Virus record (IMG/VR): IMGVR_UViG_3300017548_000187 | Span: 1-53,453 of that record | From: a virus | Lineage: Duplodnaviria; Caudoviricetes | Length of the DNA: 53,453 bases | Reading direction: 5' to 3' (one strand) | In this document: one piece after another, positions 42,569 to 52,405 of the stretch | How positions within the stretch are numbered: the first letter of the stretch is position 1 | Layout: the number at the start of each line of letters is the position of its first letter | Made by a program: the position numbers and the translations under genes | The notes under the pieces: generated by a model | Told to the model about the DNA's origin: nothing | Databases searched by the model: none | Seen by the model: only the letters and a program-made list of their open reading frames with translations

Positions 42569-45500
42569 CCGACCAGCGGCCGCCGCTGGTGTGCCTGCCG
42601 CACGCCGTGACGTCCGACGGGCGCCAGCTGTCCTATGCAGCCTTCCTGCCGCGCGAGACGCTGGGGGCCTACATCGAGCGCACCGGCGTCATCGTGCCGC
42701 GCGGGGCGGTGGTGGTCTGGCACAACGGCCGGCGCGTGCCGGACGCGCTCTGGCGGCGCCTGATCCCGCGTACCGGCGACCAGGTCGTGATCCGGGCGCG
42801 CGTGCGCGGCGGCGGTGGCGGCGGCAAGCTGTTCCGCACGGTGGCGCTGATTGCGCTGACCATTGTGGCGAACGTGTACGGCGCGTCCCTGGGTACGGCG
42901 TTGGGGCTGACCGGCAATCTGGCAACGGCGGTCGGGACGGCCGCCATCATGGTCGGCGGCACGCTGGTCATCAACGCATTGCTGCCGCCGCCGGCGGCCA
43001 CGAACATCGGGTCGAACGACAAATACACGTCCAGCCCCACCTATGCCATCCAGGGCGGCCGAAATCGGCCGCGACAGTGGGAGCCCATGATCCTGGTGTT
43101 CGGGCGCCATAAGGTGGTGCCGGATCTCGCGGCGAACCCCTATACCGAATACGTCGGCGACGATCAGTACCTGCGCCAGGCCTTCCACTTCGGGCTGCAG
43201 CCTGACCTGAACATCGGCGAGATTCGCATCGGCTCCACGCCGATCAGCGAATACAAGGGCGTTCAGGTGACGCGCTCCGACACCGCGACCGGCGCGCTGC
43301 CTTCCATCGCTGGCAACGTCGACACGCTGCAGGGCTTCGAGCTGCGCTATGCCGACGGCTGGAACAGCCGCACGACGCCCGACGACACCGAGGCCATCGA
43401 GATCGAGCTGGCCGCGCGGCTGTTCGCCATCGACGAAGACGACGGGTCGTTCCTGACGCGCAGCGTACTGGTGCAGATGGAGTATCGCAAGGTCGGTGCT
43501 GCCGACTGGATCGGCCTCGGGAACATCAAGGATCCCGTCTACGCGAAAAATTATTGGTCGCTGGGCCGCATGACCACGTCGGGCAACGGAGAAAGCACGG
43601 GCACGCCATTCTGGCAGCAGGTCGATTATGGGTCAGCCGACCCGACCGAGCATACAGAAGGCGAGACCGTTACGAGCTGCAGCGGCACGGGTGGCGATGC
43701 GGGCTACCACTGCGTCACGTACAGCTGGCGCTGGATGGCGCACCCGTACGCCATGAATCGCCCCTGGCGCGGCCTGGCGCCCAATCCGCTGCTTGGCTAC
43801 ACCGAAACCGACGGCTACCGGCTGTCGGGGCGCTCGTCGGACATCGTCCGCAAGACCGTTACCGTCGAGGTCGAGCGCGGCCAGTATGAGATACGCATTC
43901 GCAAGCGCACGGCGGACCTGGATGGCAATTCCGAATCGAACGCCACGTCGGTGTCGCAGATCCGCGCCTACCAGGCCGACGACGCCGACTACACCGGCCA
44001 GTTGCGGCTGGGCGTCAGCATTCGGGCGTCGGCGCAGCTTAACGGTGCCATCGACGAGCTGAGCGCCATTGCTTCGGCGCAGTGCTGGGTGTGGACAGGC
44101 ACCGCCTGGGAAATTCAAGAAACCAGCAATCCGGCGTGGTGGTACCTCTGGTACGCCCGCGGTAAACGCGACAAGGATGGCCGCCGCTTGTACGGCGCTG
44201 GCCTCGTTGACACGCGCATCGAGATCGAGGCCATCAAGGCCTGGGCGGCCTGGTGCGACGAGAAGAAGTTGACCTTCGACTATGTCCTGGATCGGGGCGC
44301 CAAGATCGGCGACGTACTGCAGCGGATCGCGCGCGCCGGCCGGGCCTCGCCTTCCTGGCAGACAGGGCGGCTCGGCGTGATCTGGGATGCCGCTGATCTG
44401 CCTGTTACCGCGATGTTCGGCCCGTTCAACATCAAGGCCGGCAGCTTCAAGATTGAGTACATCAACGACGGTACCGCCGACGAGGTCGTCGTCAATTTCG
44501 CCAACAAGGACCGGGACTACGACCTCGACGAGGTACGGGTGCCGGTGCCTGGCGCCGCGGTCACGAACAACCCGCTGACGGTGGACCTGGAAGGCTGCGT
44601 TCACGACGAGATGGCCGGCAAGGAGGCGAACCTGCTGGCTGCCTCCCAGGTCTGGCATCGCCGCCGCGTGTCGTGGGAAACCGATATCGAGGGCTACGTC
44701 GCCAGCCGCGGCGACGTCATCCAGATGAGCCACGACCTGACGGTGTGGGACTACTCCGGGCGTCTGATGCCGGGTAGCGGTGGCCAGACCATGGTGCTGG
44801 ACAAGGCGGTGCCCTCAGGTGGCTCGGGCATCGTCATGCTGCGCTCGCCCGAGGGCCGCATGAAGGTGGTGTCGGTGGTGTCTGATGTCGGCGAGATCGA
44901 CCGCTTGACCATCACGACGCCGCTGGACGGCGACGACGACGGCGAAGAGCCTTTCCCGATGCCTGGCGACGACGGCTACGACGGCGTGGTGCCCATGGAC
45001 TGGGCGTGGTTCTTCGGTCCGCTGGCCACGCCCGGCCGGCGCCTGAAGGTCACCAAAGTCAAGCCCAAGGTCGACGGCGTGGCGTTTTCCGCCATCGACG
45101 ACGATCCGCAGTACTACCTCAGCGAGAACGATCCCTATCAGTACACGCCGCCGCGCGACGGCGCGCTGCTGGGCGGCATCGTGCTGGGCATGCAGTTCGG
45201 CGAGACCATCCGAAACATTGCGGCCGACGATATCCAGGTCCAGGTCAGCTGGGCGCTTTCGGTGTCCGGCACTGCCAATGTCGACGTGGCGGTCAACGGC
45301 GTGGCGGCGACGAGCATTACCACGGGTGGCCGCCAGATCCTGATCGATGCCAAGACGAACGACGTGCTCGAGGTCACGATCCGGCCGACGGGCTTGAACG
45401 GCGCCGGCCAGCCGGTGACACGCGAGTATCTGGTGCAGGGCCTGCTGGCGCCGCTGCCTGCGGTTGTCGGGCTGACCAACGTCTTCCGCGATGGCCTGAC

Positions 45501-46464
45501 CACGCTGGTATGGAACCCTGTGGCCGACGTTCGGGCGCCGGGCTTCGAGATCCGCGTCGGGCCGTCCTGGGACAACGCGCGGCCGGTGGCCACGGTGGCC
45601 ACCAACGAATACCTGGTGGCCGGCAATGGTCTGCACTGGGCGGCCGCGCGCTACACCGCCGGCGGCACGACCATCTACGGCGCCGCGGACAGCATCCTGT
45701 TGTCGGGTGCGGCGCTCGAGCGCAACGTGCTGATCTCGCAGGACGAGGCGCCCGCCTGGGGTGGCACGCTGTCCGATGGTGCGGTCGTGGTCAATAACGA
45801 GCTGACGCTGGCCGGCTCCACGGATCTGCTCGAAGAGCCCGACATCCTGGCGCTGGATGACGTGCTGCTGGGCGCAGGCGTGGTGGAAGCGGCGCTATAC
45901 ACCATTGCGGAAGCCGACCAGGTCGATATCGGCTACGTCGCCGGCGTGCGGCTGGATTTCCTGCTCGACTACTACGCCATCAACCTGAATCAGAACATTC
46001 TGGCCGACGCCGACATATTGGCCAACGACGACATTCTGAACGGGTCGGACGCCCAGTATTACCGTGTCCAGCCGCAGTTCCGAGTGGCAGGCGAAGACGG
46101 CGTGTTCGGGCCCTGGCGCAATCCGGTGCCCGGCGTGGTCAGCGGCCGGTACTTCGATTTCAGGCTGTCGCTGGCCACCCAGGTGCCGACCATCATCCCG
46201 TTCGTACGGCATTTCACCTGGGTGGTCGATGTGCCTGATCTGATCCAGCAGGGTACCGATGTCACGGTTCCTGACACGGGTTTGTCGGTGGTCTACGGCA
46301 AGGATTTTCACGCTCAGCCGAACACGCATATCGCCATCCTCGATGCTCAGGATGGCGACCGCTTCGTACTGACCAATCAAACGCTTTCTGGGTTCGACGT
46401 GCAGGCCATGAATGGCTCCACGCCCGTCGAACGGCAAATCAACTGGCGCTCTCAGGGGTACTGA
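42553..46464 (+). CDS. Central tail fibre/host specificity protein (gpI-gpJ fusion, TipJ)
   Basis: 1303 aa; GGGGG after a ubiquitin-like N-terminus, TSNPAW, FN3-like repeats. Confidence 0.9.
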   Translation: MENAVTDQRPPLVCLPHAVTSDGRQLSYAAFLPRETLGAYIERTGVIVPRGAVVVWHNGRRVPDALWRRLIPRTGDQVVIRARVRGGGGGGKLFRTVALIALTIVANVYGASLGTALGLTGNLATAVGTAAIMVGGTLVINALLPPPAATNIGSNDKYTSSPTYAIQGGRNRPRQWEPMILVFGRHKVVPDLAANPYTEYVGDDQYLRQAFHFGLQPDLNIGEIRIGSTPISEYKGVQVTRSDTATGALPSIAGNVDTLQGFELRYADGWNSRTTPDDTEAIEIELAARLFAIDEDDGSFLTRSVLVQMEYRKVGAADWIGLGNIKDPVYAKNYWSLGRMTTSGNGESTGTPFWQQVDYGSADPTEHTEGETVTSCSGTGGDAGYHCVTYSWRWMAHPYAMNRPWRGLAPNPLLGYTETDGYRLSGRSSDIVRKTVTVEVERGQYEIRIRKRTADLDGNSESNATSVSQIRAYQADDADYTGQLRLGVSIRASAQLNGAIDELSAIASAQCWVWTGTAWEIQETSNPAWWYLWYARGKRDKDGRRLYGAGLVDTRIEIEAIKAWAAWCDEKKLTFDYVLDRGAKIGDVLQRIARAGRASPSWQTGRLGVIWDAADLPVTAMFGPFNIKAGSFKIEYINDGTADEVVVNFANKDRDYDLDEVRVPVPGAAVTNNPLTVDLEGCVHDEMAGKEANLLAASQVWHRRRVSWETDIEGYVASRGDVIQMSHDLTVWDYSGRLMPGSGGQTMVLDKAVPSGGSGIVMLRSPEGRMKVVSVVSDVGEIDRLTITTPLDGDDDGEEPFPMPGDDGYDGVVPMDWAWFFGPLATPGRRLKVTKVKPKVDGVAFSAIDDDPQYYLSENDPYQYTPPRDGALLGGIVLGMQFGETIRNIAADDIQVQVSWALSVSGTANVDVAVNGVAATSITTGGRQILIDAKTNDVLEVTIRPTGLNGAGQPVTREYLVQGLLAPLPAVVGLTNVFRDGLTTLVWNPVADVRAPGFEIRVGPSWDNARPVATVATNEYLVAGNGLHWAAARYTAGGTTIYGAADSILLSGAALERNVLISQDEAPAWGGTLSDGAVVVNNELTLAGSTDLLEEPDILALDDVLLGAGVVEAALYTIAEADQVDIGYVAGVRLDFLLDYYAINLNQNILADADILANDDILNGSDAQYYRVQPQFRVAGEDGVFGPWRNPVPGVVSGRYFDFRLSLATQVPTIIPFVRHFTWVVDVPDLIQQGTDVTVPDTGLSVVYGKDFHAQPNTHIAILDAQDGDRFVLTNQTLSGFDVQAMNGSTPVERQINWRSQGY

Positions 46465-47417
46465 TGTCGAACGCACCTATCCAAGTTTCCACCACGTCGC
46501 CGCTGCCTGGTACGCAGCTCGTAAACGAGATCAACGCGGCGCTTCAGGCGCTGGGCACGAACTTCTCCGGCGCGACCGATCCGGCCGCCAACGCGGGGCC
46601 GTACATGATCTGGGCGGATACCAGCACGGGCCGGCGGCGCATGCGCAATGGCGCTGGTACTGCCTGGATCGACCTGGGCCCGTTGCAGGCCGAGGCAGTG
46701 GACCCAATCGACGGCGCCTTGATGGCCTCGCAGGCATGGGTGTTGAAGAAGTTCGGGGCGCTGGTGCCGTGGCTGACGTTTTACGACAGCGTGCCGGCCA
46801 CCAATGTCTCGGTCGGCAAAGATATCTACGTCAACGGCATCGGCATCTGCTACTGGGATGCGACGGATGAGGTCTATTACCTGCGCCAGGACTTCAGCAC
46901 GCTGGTGACCTTCACGACCAGTGGCTCGATCACGATTCCGGCCTACATCAAGTCGGTGCGGCTTTCGGGCTGCGGCGGTGGCGGCGGGGGCGGTAGTTTG
47001 GGTGGTGGGGGTGGTGGGGCCAGCATTATCGAATACGAAGTCGAGGTTGCGCCGGGGTCCGCTTACGCGGTCACGATTGGCGCCGGTGGCTCTGGTGGCA
47101 ATCCTACTGGTAATGAAGGTGGTGCTACGAGCTTTGGTTCTTTGCTAGTCCTCGCCGGCGGTGGGGGGGGCTCCGGCGGCAGCGGTGGCGGAGGCGGCGC
47201 GGCGACAGCACCTGCGATACCGGGCCAAGGCGGTACGGATGCATCGAGCACCGGCGTCGCAGGCGAGGGGGGCAGCTCAATGTTCGGCGTGGGCGCAGGC
47301 ACCAACAACGGCTCGCCCACGGTTAACGCAGCCATCGGTTATGGCGCCGGCGGCAACGGTGGGCGGGGTTCTCCTGGGTACAGCGGTACGCCGGGCATTC
47401 TTCACGTGAGGTATTGA
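46464..47417 (+). CDS. Glycine-rich tail fibre
   Basis: INAALQAL.TNFSG..DP N-terminus; GGGGGG glycine-rich C-terminal domain. Confidence 0.8.
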   Translation: MSNAPIQVSTTSPLPGTQLVNEINAALQALGTNFSGATDPAANAGPYMIWADTSTGRRRMRNGAGTAWIDLGPLQAEAVDPIDGALMASQAWVLKKFGALVPWLTFYDSVPATNVSVGKDIYVNGIGICYWDATDEVYYLRQDFSTLVTFTTSGSITIPAYIKSVRLSGCGGGGGGGSLGGGGGGASIIEYEVEVAPGSAYAVTIGAGGSGGNPTGNEGGATSFGSLLVLAGGGGGSGGSGGGGGAATAPAIPGQGGTDASSTGVAGEGGSSMFGVGAGTNNGSPTVNAAIGYGAGGNGGRGSPGYSGTPGILHVRY

Positions 47418-47418
47418 A

Positions 47419-47829
47419 ATGCGCGCACACATTGTGTCGAGCGGAATCGTGGTCGATACGATCATGGTCAACAATCTGGATTACGACGCGGGCCCGGGCA
47501 AGACGGTGATCGACGGCAGCATCGGGGGCATCGGCTGGACGTACGCCAACGGGGTTCTGACGCCGCCAGCGGGCGCAGCGGTGCCAACCGTTCCGCAGTC
47601 GGTCACGGCGGCGCAGGGCGGCATCGCCTTGATCCAGGCGGGGCTGATGACTGTTGTGCAGGAGGCGGTTGACGCGCCGGATACGCCCGCCGATGTGAAG
47701 TGGGCCTGGGCGCGCGCCGCCACCTGGGAACGGGGCAGCGCTGCGCTGGCGTACCTGGCCGACAAGGCGGGGATCACGGCGCAGCAGATGGACGATCTAT
47801 TCGTGTCCGCAGCTGAGATCGAAGCGTAG
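47419..47829 (+). CDS. Tail fibre chaperone
   Basis: GIGWTY.NG and QMDDLF..A. Confidence 0.7.
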   Translation: MRAHIVSSGIVVDTIMVNNLDYDAGPGKTVIDGSIGGIGWTYANGVLTPPAGAAVPTVPQSVTAAQGGIALIQAGLMTVVQEAVDAPDTPADVKWAWARAATWERGSAALAYLADKAGITAQQMDDLFVSAAEIEA

Positions 47830-47890
47830 GACAGGTGTAGCCTCCCTAGGAGGCGAAGCGCGCAGCATGTACCCGGAAAGATGGAGGATT

Positions 47891-49852
47891 CTACGGGAGG
47901 GCGGGTGCCAGCACCTCTCGCAATCGCGTCGCGCCACCATCGGTAAGGTGATGTTTGTCGCGGTACAGAGTATGCCCGTCTTCGGCCACCAAGCATCCGC
48001 GCTCGTCGCACAAGAACGGCGCTGGATCCAGGATCGTGAAACCATACTTGTCCTGCAGGGCGCGGATTTCAGTTTCAACCTTGTGCTGGCGTGCCCGGTG
48101 ATGGGACATCGTCGGGCCCATTTGCTCAGCGCCCCGTTCTCGCATGCTTCGCATGGCCTTCTCAAATGGCATTCGATTCGATGCCAGCAGAGGTACGTCC
48201 AGCATCAGAAATATCTGGCGGCCAGGGCGTGATAGTTTTTGCAATGTGCGCTCGAGTCCGGCCGATAGAATTGACTCGCCTTCCGCTCGGGGCGCCCCGC
48301 GCAGATCGCTGAAGGCCTCATCGGTGCCGACCCAATAGCCGGCCAGGATGATGCGGTCGATCGGTGACTTGGCGAGGTAGTCCATTACAGCCTCCGTAAT
48401 CCGCAGGCATAGCGGGCGTGTAGGCGGCACAGCATCGAGCATCGGCACACAGCCAGCGAAGGTGAGTGCGATACCTTTTATGCCCCGTTCCTGAGCCAGC
48501 AGGTCAGCGCCAGCCGTCCACATGCGGGCGTGTGAATCGCCGGCCAGGGCAAACTGTGGCGCGCGGCCCGCGTTGACGCCGAGTGGGCAACCTGCCGCGC
48601 CGGCGCGGATCAGGTCCAACTCGGGTTTACCTTCGCACGCGAGGCCGGGTTTAACCGAGACGTCCTTGTCGAGTTGCTGAACGGCAGGCAACAGCGGTTG
48701 CTTGATCGGTGAGCCCTTTGTGACGATTCGTTGAGCCAGTAGGCCAGTTCCGTAGCATGCCGCCAGAGTGATAGCGGCGACGGCTAGGACGATCCAATCC
48801 GGTACGTTGTTCCAGCCACGGCGGAAAGGCTGTTCGAGGAATCGCCACGACGCCCATGAGATCGCCAGGACCAGCACCAGAATAGCGCCCACTGGGATCG
48901 TTGGCAGCGAATGCGCGCTCCAGCCGGCCGAGCGCATGGTGACTAGCAGTGGCCAATGCCACAAGTACATCGAGTACGAAATCAGCCCGATCCAGACCAG
49001 CGGCCTCAGGCCGAGCATGCGGCTGACCCAGCCTGCCTGTGCGCCGCCGCCTGCGTAGATGACAAGCATGGCCCCAACGGTGGGTAGCGCAGCGTGTAGA
49101 CCCGGGAAGGCTGTTTCAGTGGTGTACGCAAAGACTGGCCATAGGATCATCGATAAGCCCACAGCTCCAGCGACATTGGCCTGCATCAAAGTTCTGGGTG
49201 CGCCGGCGCCGGCTACAACGCGCGAGGCCAGCAAAGACCCTAGTGCGAGTTGCCAGGCGCGCGCCGGCAGCGTGTAGAAAGCTGCAGCAGGATCATGGCG
49301 CATCAGCCAGAGGCTGATGGCAGCACTCAGCGCAACAAGGATTGCTAGGGCCGTCGTCAACCCGCGTTTGCTGCCGGCCCAGAACCACAGCGCTAGCAAT
49401 GCGGGCGTGACGACGTAGAACTGCTCTTCGACGGCCAACGACCATGTGTGTAGAAGTGGTTGGCTCGCGAGGGCGCTTTGCTGCCAGTAGTCGTTCTGGG
49501 TGTGCCAGAAGAGGTGATTGGAAAAGAAATATGCCAGCTTTTCGGCCGCGCGCCCGGCCTCCTTAAAGTCGGCCGGCAACAGGAAGAAGAAGCCGGCCAC
49601 GAGCGTGGCGAACACCATCGTTAACAGTGCCGGGAAGATGCGCCGCACACGTCGCGTGTAGAAATGGCACAGCGAGAACTGGCCGGCGGCAAAGTCGACG
49701 AGCAGCAGTCGCGTAATCAGGTATCCCGATATAACGAAGAAGACGTCGACACCGACGAAGCCGCCGCTGAAGGGGGATATTTCGGCATGGAACAGAACGA
49801 CCGGGATGACGGCCAGTGCACGTAGGCCGTCAATGTCGGGCCGGTATTTCAT
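47891..49852 (-). CDS. oafA: AT3-SGNH O-acetyltransferase (surface glycan conversion moron)
   Basis: YRPDIDGLRALAV, FFVISGY, RRIFP, HTWSLAVEEQFY; SGNH motifs GDSHA and DKHH. Confidence 0.93.
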   Translation of the reverse strand: MKYRPDIDGLRALAVIPVVLFHAEISPFSGGFVGVDVFFVISGYLITRLLLVDFAAGQFSLCHFYTRRVRRIFPALLTMVFATLVAGFFFLLPADFKEAGRAAEKLAYFFSNHLFWHTQNDYWQQSALASQPLLHTWSLAVEEQFYVVTPALLALWFWAGSKRGLTTALAILVALSAAISLWLMRHDPAAAFYTLPARAWQLALGSLLASRVVAGAGAPRTLMQANVAGAVGLSMILWPVFAYTTETAFPGLHAALPTVGAMLVIYAGGGAQAGWVSRMLGLRPLVWIGLISYSMYLWHWPLLVTMRSAGWSAHSLPTIPVGAILVLVLAISWASWRFLEQPFRRGWNNVPDWIVLAVAAITLAACYGTGLLAQRIVTKGSPIKQPLLPAVQQLDKDVSVKPGLACEGKPELDLIRAGAAGCPLGVNAGRAPQFALAGDSHARMWTAGADLLAQERGIKGIALTFAGCVPMLDAVPPTRPLCLRITEAVMDYLAKSPIDRIILAGYWVGTDEAFSDLRGAPRAEGESILSAGLERTLQKLSRPGRQIFLMLDVPLLASNRMPFEKAMRSMRERGAEQMGPTMSHHRARQHKVETEIRALQDKYGFTILDPAPFLCDERGCLVAEDGHTLYRDKHHLTDGGATRLREVLAPALP

Positions 49853-49932
49853 TCGGGGTTTGCGCAGTTGATGAAAGTTTCGGATTGTAAATCAGCGTCC
49901 GCTCAATGCGGCTTTTTGCCTGGACGAAATGA

Positions 49933-50364
49933 ATGAACGAGCACCACGACGTCGCCGCAGCAGCGCAGTTCGCGCAGTTGGCTGAGAGCCTTTCGAACCA
50001 ACGTGAAGACATCAGGGACATGAAGGCCACGCTCGAGCGCATGAGCCAGAGCATGGTGCAGATGGCGACGATGCAGCGCGATCTGATTTACGTCGACGAG
50101 AAGATCCGCTACTTGCTGGGCGTAGCTGATCAGCGTGGGCCGGCAATGGCCGCGCTGGACAAGCGCCTGACGTCAGTGGAGCGCTGGAACCGGATCGTCG
50201 GCGTCGCGATCCTGTCATGCACCGGCGTCGTCGGCTGGGGCTGGCAAAAGGTCGATGAAATGTACAGGCTGGATCAAAGGGTTGCCATTCTTGAGTTGCT
50301 GATCAACGGGAAGCAGGTCGAGCGCGCGCTGGGCAATCCGCCTACGGCGGTGGGGGAGAAGTAA
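49933..50364 (+). CDS. Coiled-coil single-TM lysis-cassette protein (holin/antiholin-like)
   Basis: Coiled coil and one TM helix; coupled to the endolysin. Confidence 0.6.
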   Translation: MNEHHDVAAAAQFAQLAESLSNQREDIRDMKATLERMSQSMVQMATMQRDLIYVDEKIRYLLGVADQRGPAMAALDKRLTSVERWNRIVGVAILSCTGVVGWGWQKVDEMYRLDQRVAILELLINGKQVERALGNPPTAVGEK

Positions 50365-50879
50365 TGGATTTCGATATGGCATTCGAACGCCTGATCGGGC
50401 ACGAGGGGCGATTCACCAACAACCCCAAGGACCGCGGCAACTGGACCAGCGGCAAGGTCGGCCTGGGCTCGCTCAAGGGCACGAAGTTCGGAATTTCGGC
50501 CATGGCCTACCCGCACCTGGACATCAAGAACCTGACCGTCGAGCAGGCCCGGGCAATCTACCTGGCCGACTATTGGAAGCGCGCCGGCGCGGACCAGTAC
50601 GACGGGGCCATCGGCTTCCAGGTGTTCGATTCCGCTGTGAACCACGGCATCGAGAACGCCGTCCGCTTCCTGCAGCGCGCAGTCGACGTGGCTGACGACG
50701 GCGATGTCGGCCCGATTACCCTCTCCGCCGTCAAGGCGCAGACCGTCACCGACGTGCTGATGCGGTTCAACGCCGAGCGGCTGGAGTTTTTCACCAAGCT
50801 GTCCACCTGGGACGAGTTCGGCAAGGGCTGGGCGCGTCGCGTGGTGGGCAATCTGCGGTACGCCGCGAAGGATGCATGA
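50364..50879 (+). CDS. Endolysin, GH108 with PG-binding domain
   Basis: HEG....DRG..T.FGI, FDSAVNHG, FGKGWARR. Confidence 0.92.
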   Translation: MDFDMAFERLIGHEGRFTNNPKDRGNWTSGKVGLGSLKGTKFGISAMAYPHLDIKNLTVEQARAIYLADYWKRAGADQYDGAIGFQVFDSAVNHGIENAVRFLQRAVDVADDGDVGPITLSAVKAQTVTDVLMRFNAERLEFFTKLSTWDEFGKGWARRVVGNLRYAAKDA

Positions 50880-51112
50880 CCATGAAGCTGCAACTTGTCG
50901 AAGACTGGCGCCGCGGCCGGCGCTGGATTTCCGTGAACTGCATGGCGGCTGTGGCTGCCATTCAGGGCACCTGGATGCTGATGCCCGACGACCTGAAGGC
51001 GGGCATCCCGTCCAGCTGGGTGAGCGGTGTGTCGGTCGCCACGCTGGTGCTGGGCGCGCTGGGCCGATTCATCAAACAAGGGGGCGCCGATGCTGACAAG
51101 CCTGCTGAGTAG
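50876..51112 (+). CDS. Holin
   Basis: 2 TM; LVEDWR..W.SV...RFIKQ. Confidence 0.75.
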   Translation: MTMKLQLVEDWRRGRRWISVNCMAAVAAIQGTWMLMPDDLKAGIPSSWVSGVSVATLVLGALGRFIKQGGADADKPAE

Positions 51113-51362
51113 CTTCAGTGGCTACATCGTGGCCGCGGTGGTGGCGCTGGTGGCTGTGGCAGGCGCCTACCTGCGCGGCCGCGCCAGCGGCAAGACAGCC
51201 GAGCGCACGGAGCGCGGCGCCAAGATCAACGACCAGGCCGCTCAGGCGCGCCGGGAAGCGCAGGAGGTGCGCAATGAAACGGCTGCTATGGCTGACGATG
51301 CTGTTGCTGCTGAGCTGGCAGATAAGTGGGTGCGCAAGCCGGCCGGCAAGGGTGGGCGTTGA
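51090..51362 (+). CDS. Rz-like i-spanin
   Basis: N-terminal TM followed by a helical region. Confidence 0.7.
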   Translation: MLTSLLSSFSGYIVAAVVALVAVAGAYLRGRASGKTAERTERGAKINDQAAQARREAQEVRNETAAMADDAVAAELADKWVRKPAGKGGR

Positions 51363-51489
51363 GTACTGCGATCACGCACGGCCGATCTGGTTTGACACGG
51401 CCGAGCAGGTAGAGGTGACGCCCGCGCCCGTGCGTCGGCAGATCCTGGATCATGACCGGACCTGGGAACGGCTGTGTGGCCGGAAGTAG
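51274..51489 (+). CDS. Rz1-like o-spanin lipoprotein
   Basis: MKRLLWLTMLLLLSWQISGC lipobox; overlaps Rz. Confidence 0.75.
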   Translation: MKRLLWLTMLLLLSWQISGCASRPARVGVEYCDHARPIWFDTAEQVEVTPAPVRRQILDHDRTWERLCGRK

Positions 51490-51496
51490 GGCAACA

Positions 51497-51796
51497 TCAA
51501 TCCCAGGTGATGTACCAGCCCTGGTAATAGCGGGCGCCCTCAATTTCTTCGAACCCTCGCACCATCATGGCCCGGTCGGTAGAGAAGGTAAGCAACTCGA
51601 CGTCCATCAGGTCCGGAATTGGCGACGGCAGCGCCGCGCCGCCGTTCATCCGCATGACCCTGAAGCACTGGACATAACGGCGCATGTTCTCCCGGTAGAT
51701 CGAATACATCGAAATGGGGCCGGGTACGGGCTTCCAATCCCGCTCTTGCAGCTGGCGTCCGTAGCTGTGGGTTCGTCGAACGGTGCAGGCTGGCAT
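51497..51796 (-). CDS. Hypothetical protein
   Basis: GGAG RBS; 99 aa ending GFE...YYQGW. Confidence 0.7.
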   Translation of the reverse strand: MPACTVRRTHSYGRQLQERDWKPVPGPISMYSIYRENMRRYVQCFRVMRMNGGAALPSPIPDLMDVELLTFSTDRAMMVRGFEEIEGARYYQGWYITWD

Positions 51797-51807
51797 AGCT
51801 TGCTCCC

Positions 51808-52338
51808 CTATCGACTGCTGCGCCGGCCCTGGAAGCGCCTGTGTAGACGGCCGCGCACACCGGGCCGGGTCTCTGTGGCGGTCGTCATGACCTGGTCTTC
51901 GCCAAAACGCACGCGGTCGCCCACCTGAAAGCGGCTGGCCGTCACCAGCTGCTCAACGATGATGCCGTCGTAGTAGCCGCCAACCTTCGCCGGCTTGGCG
52001 ACGACACGCACGGGTATCCACCGCTCGGTCGAGTGCGCGACCAGCCGAACCGTTTGGCCCTCGGCCAGTTGCAAGGCGCCAGGCATGCGATGCGTGTCGT
52101 GGTGGCCCACCGTCACCCGGAACTCGTTGGGTCCGTGCAACACGAATGAACCACGGATTTCGAGCTCAAGCGCTTGAACGTCGGAAAGCGCCTGGTCGAG
52201 TTCCGCCGCGGCGCAGCCCTGGAGCTGAGCTGCGTCAGCTGGGGTCATGCTGTCGACGACGACAGAGCGCGCCGCCGCGCGGGCAGTCGCGGGTACGCCC
52301 AGCAGGCGGGCGATGAGGTCGAATTGGTAGCTGGTCAT
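51808..52338 (-). CDS. TrfB/KorA-like HTH protein with C-terminal beta domain
   Basis: MTSYQF...ARSVVVD...DAA...G pattern of TrfB-like HTH. Confidence 0.55.
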   Translation of the reverse strand: MTSYQFDLIARLLGVPATARAAARSVVVDSMTPADAAQLQGCAAAELDQALSDVQALELEIRGSFVLHGPNEFRVTVGHHDTHRMPGALQLAEGQTVRLVAHSTERWIPVRVVAKPAKVGGYYDGIIVEQLVTASRFQVGDRVRFGEDQVMTTATETRPGVRGRLHRRFQGRRSSR

Positions 52339-52355
52339 GCTTAAGGTGCTAGAAA

Positions 52356-52375
52356 TACTGGTTATTTGTACAGTA
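52356..52375. promoter_or_regulatory. LexA SOS box
   Basis: TACTG-GTTATTTGTA-CAGTA (CTG-N10-CAG), about 18 bp upstream of ATG 52338. Confidence 0.8.
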
Positions 52376-52405
52376 TATCTAGTCCCGAAATCGGGGCCAT
52401 GTCCC

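Noticed and set aside
46970-47400. G-rich runs as a G-quadruplex or repeat element
   Set aside because: They encode the poly-Gly of a glycine-rich fibre domain.
40201-47829. Diversity-generating retroelement or invertible fibre shufflon
   Set aside because: No reverse transcriptase, TR/VR pair, invertase or inverted crossover sites seen.
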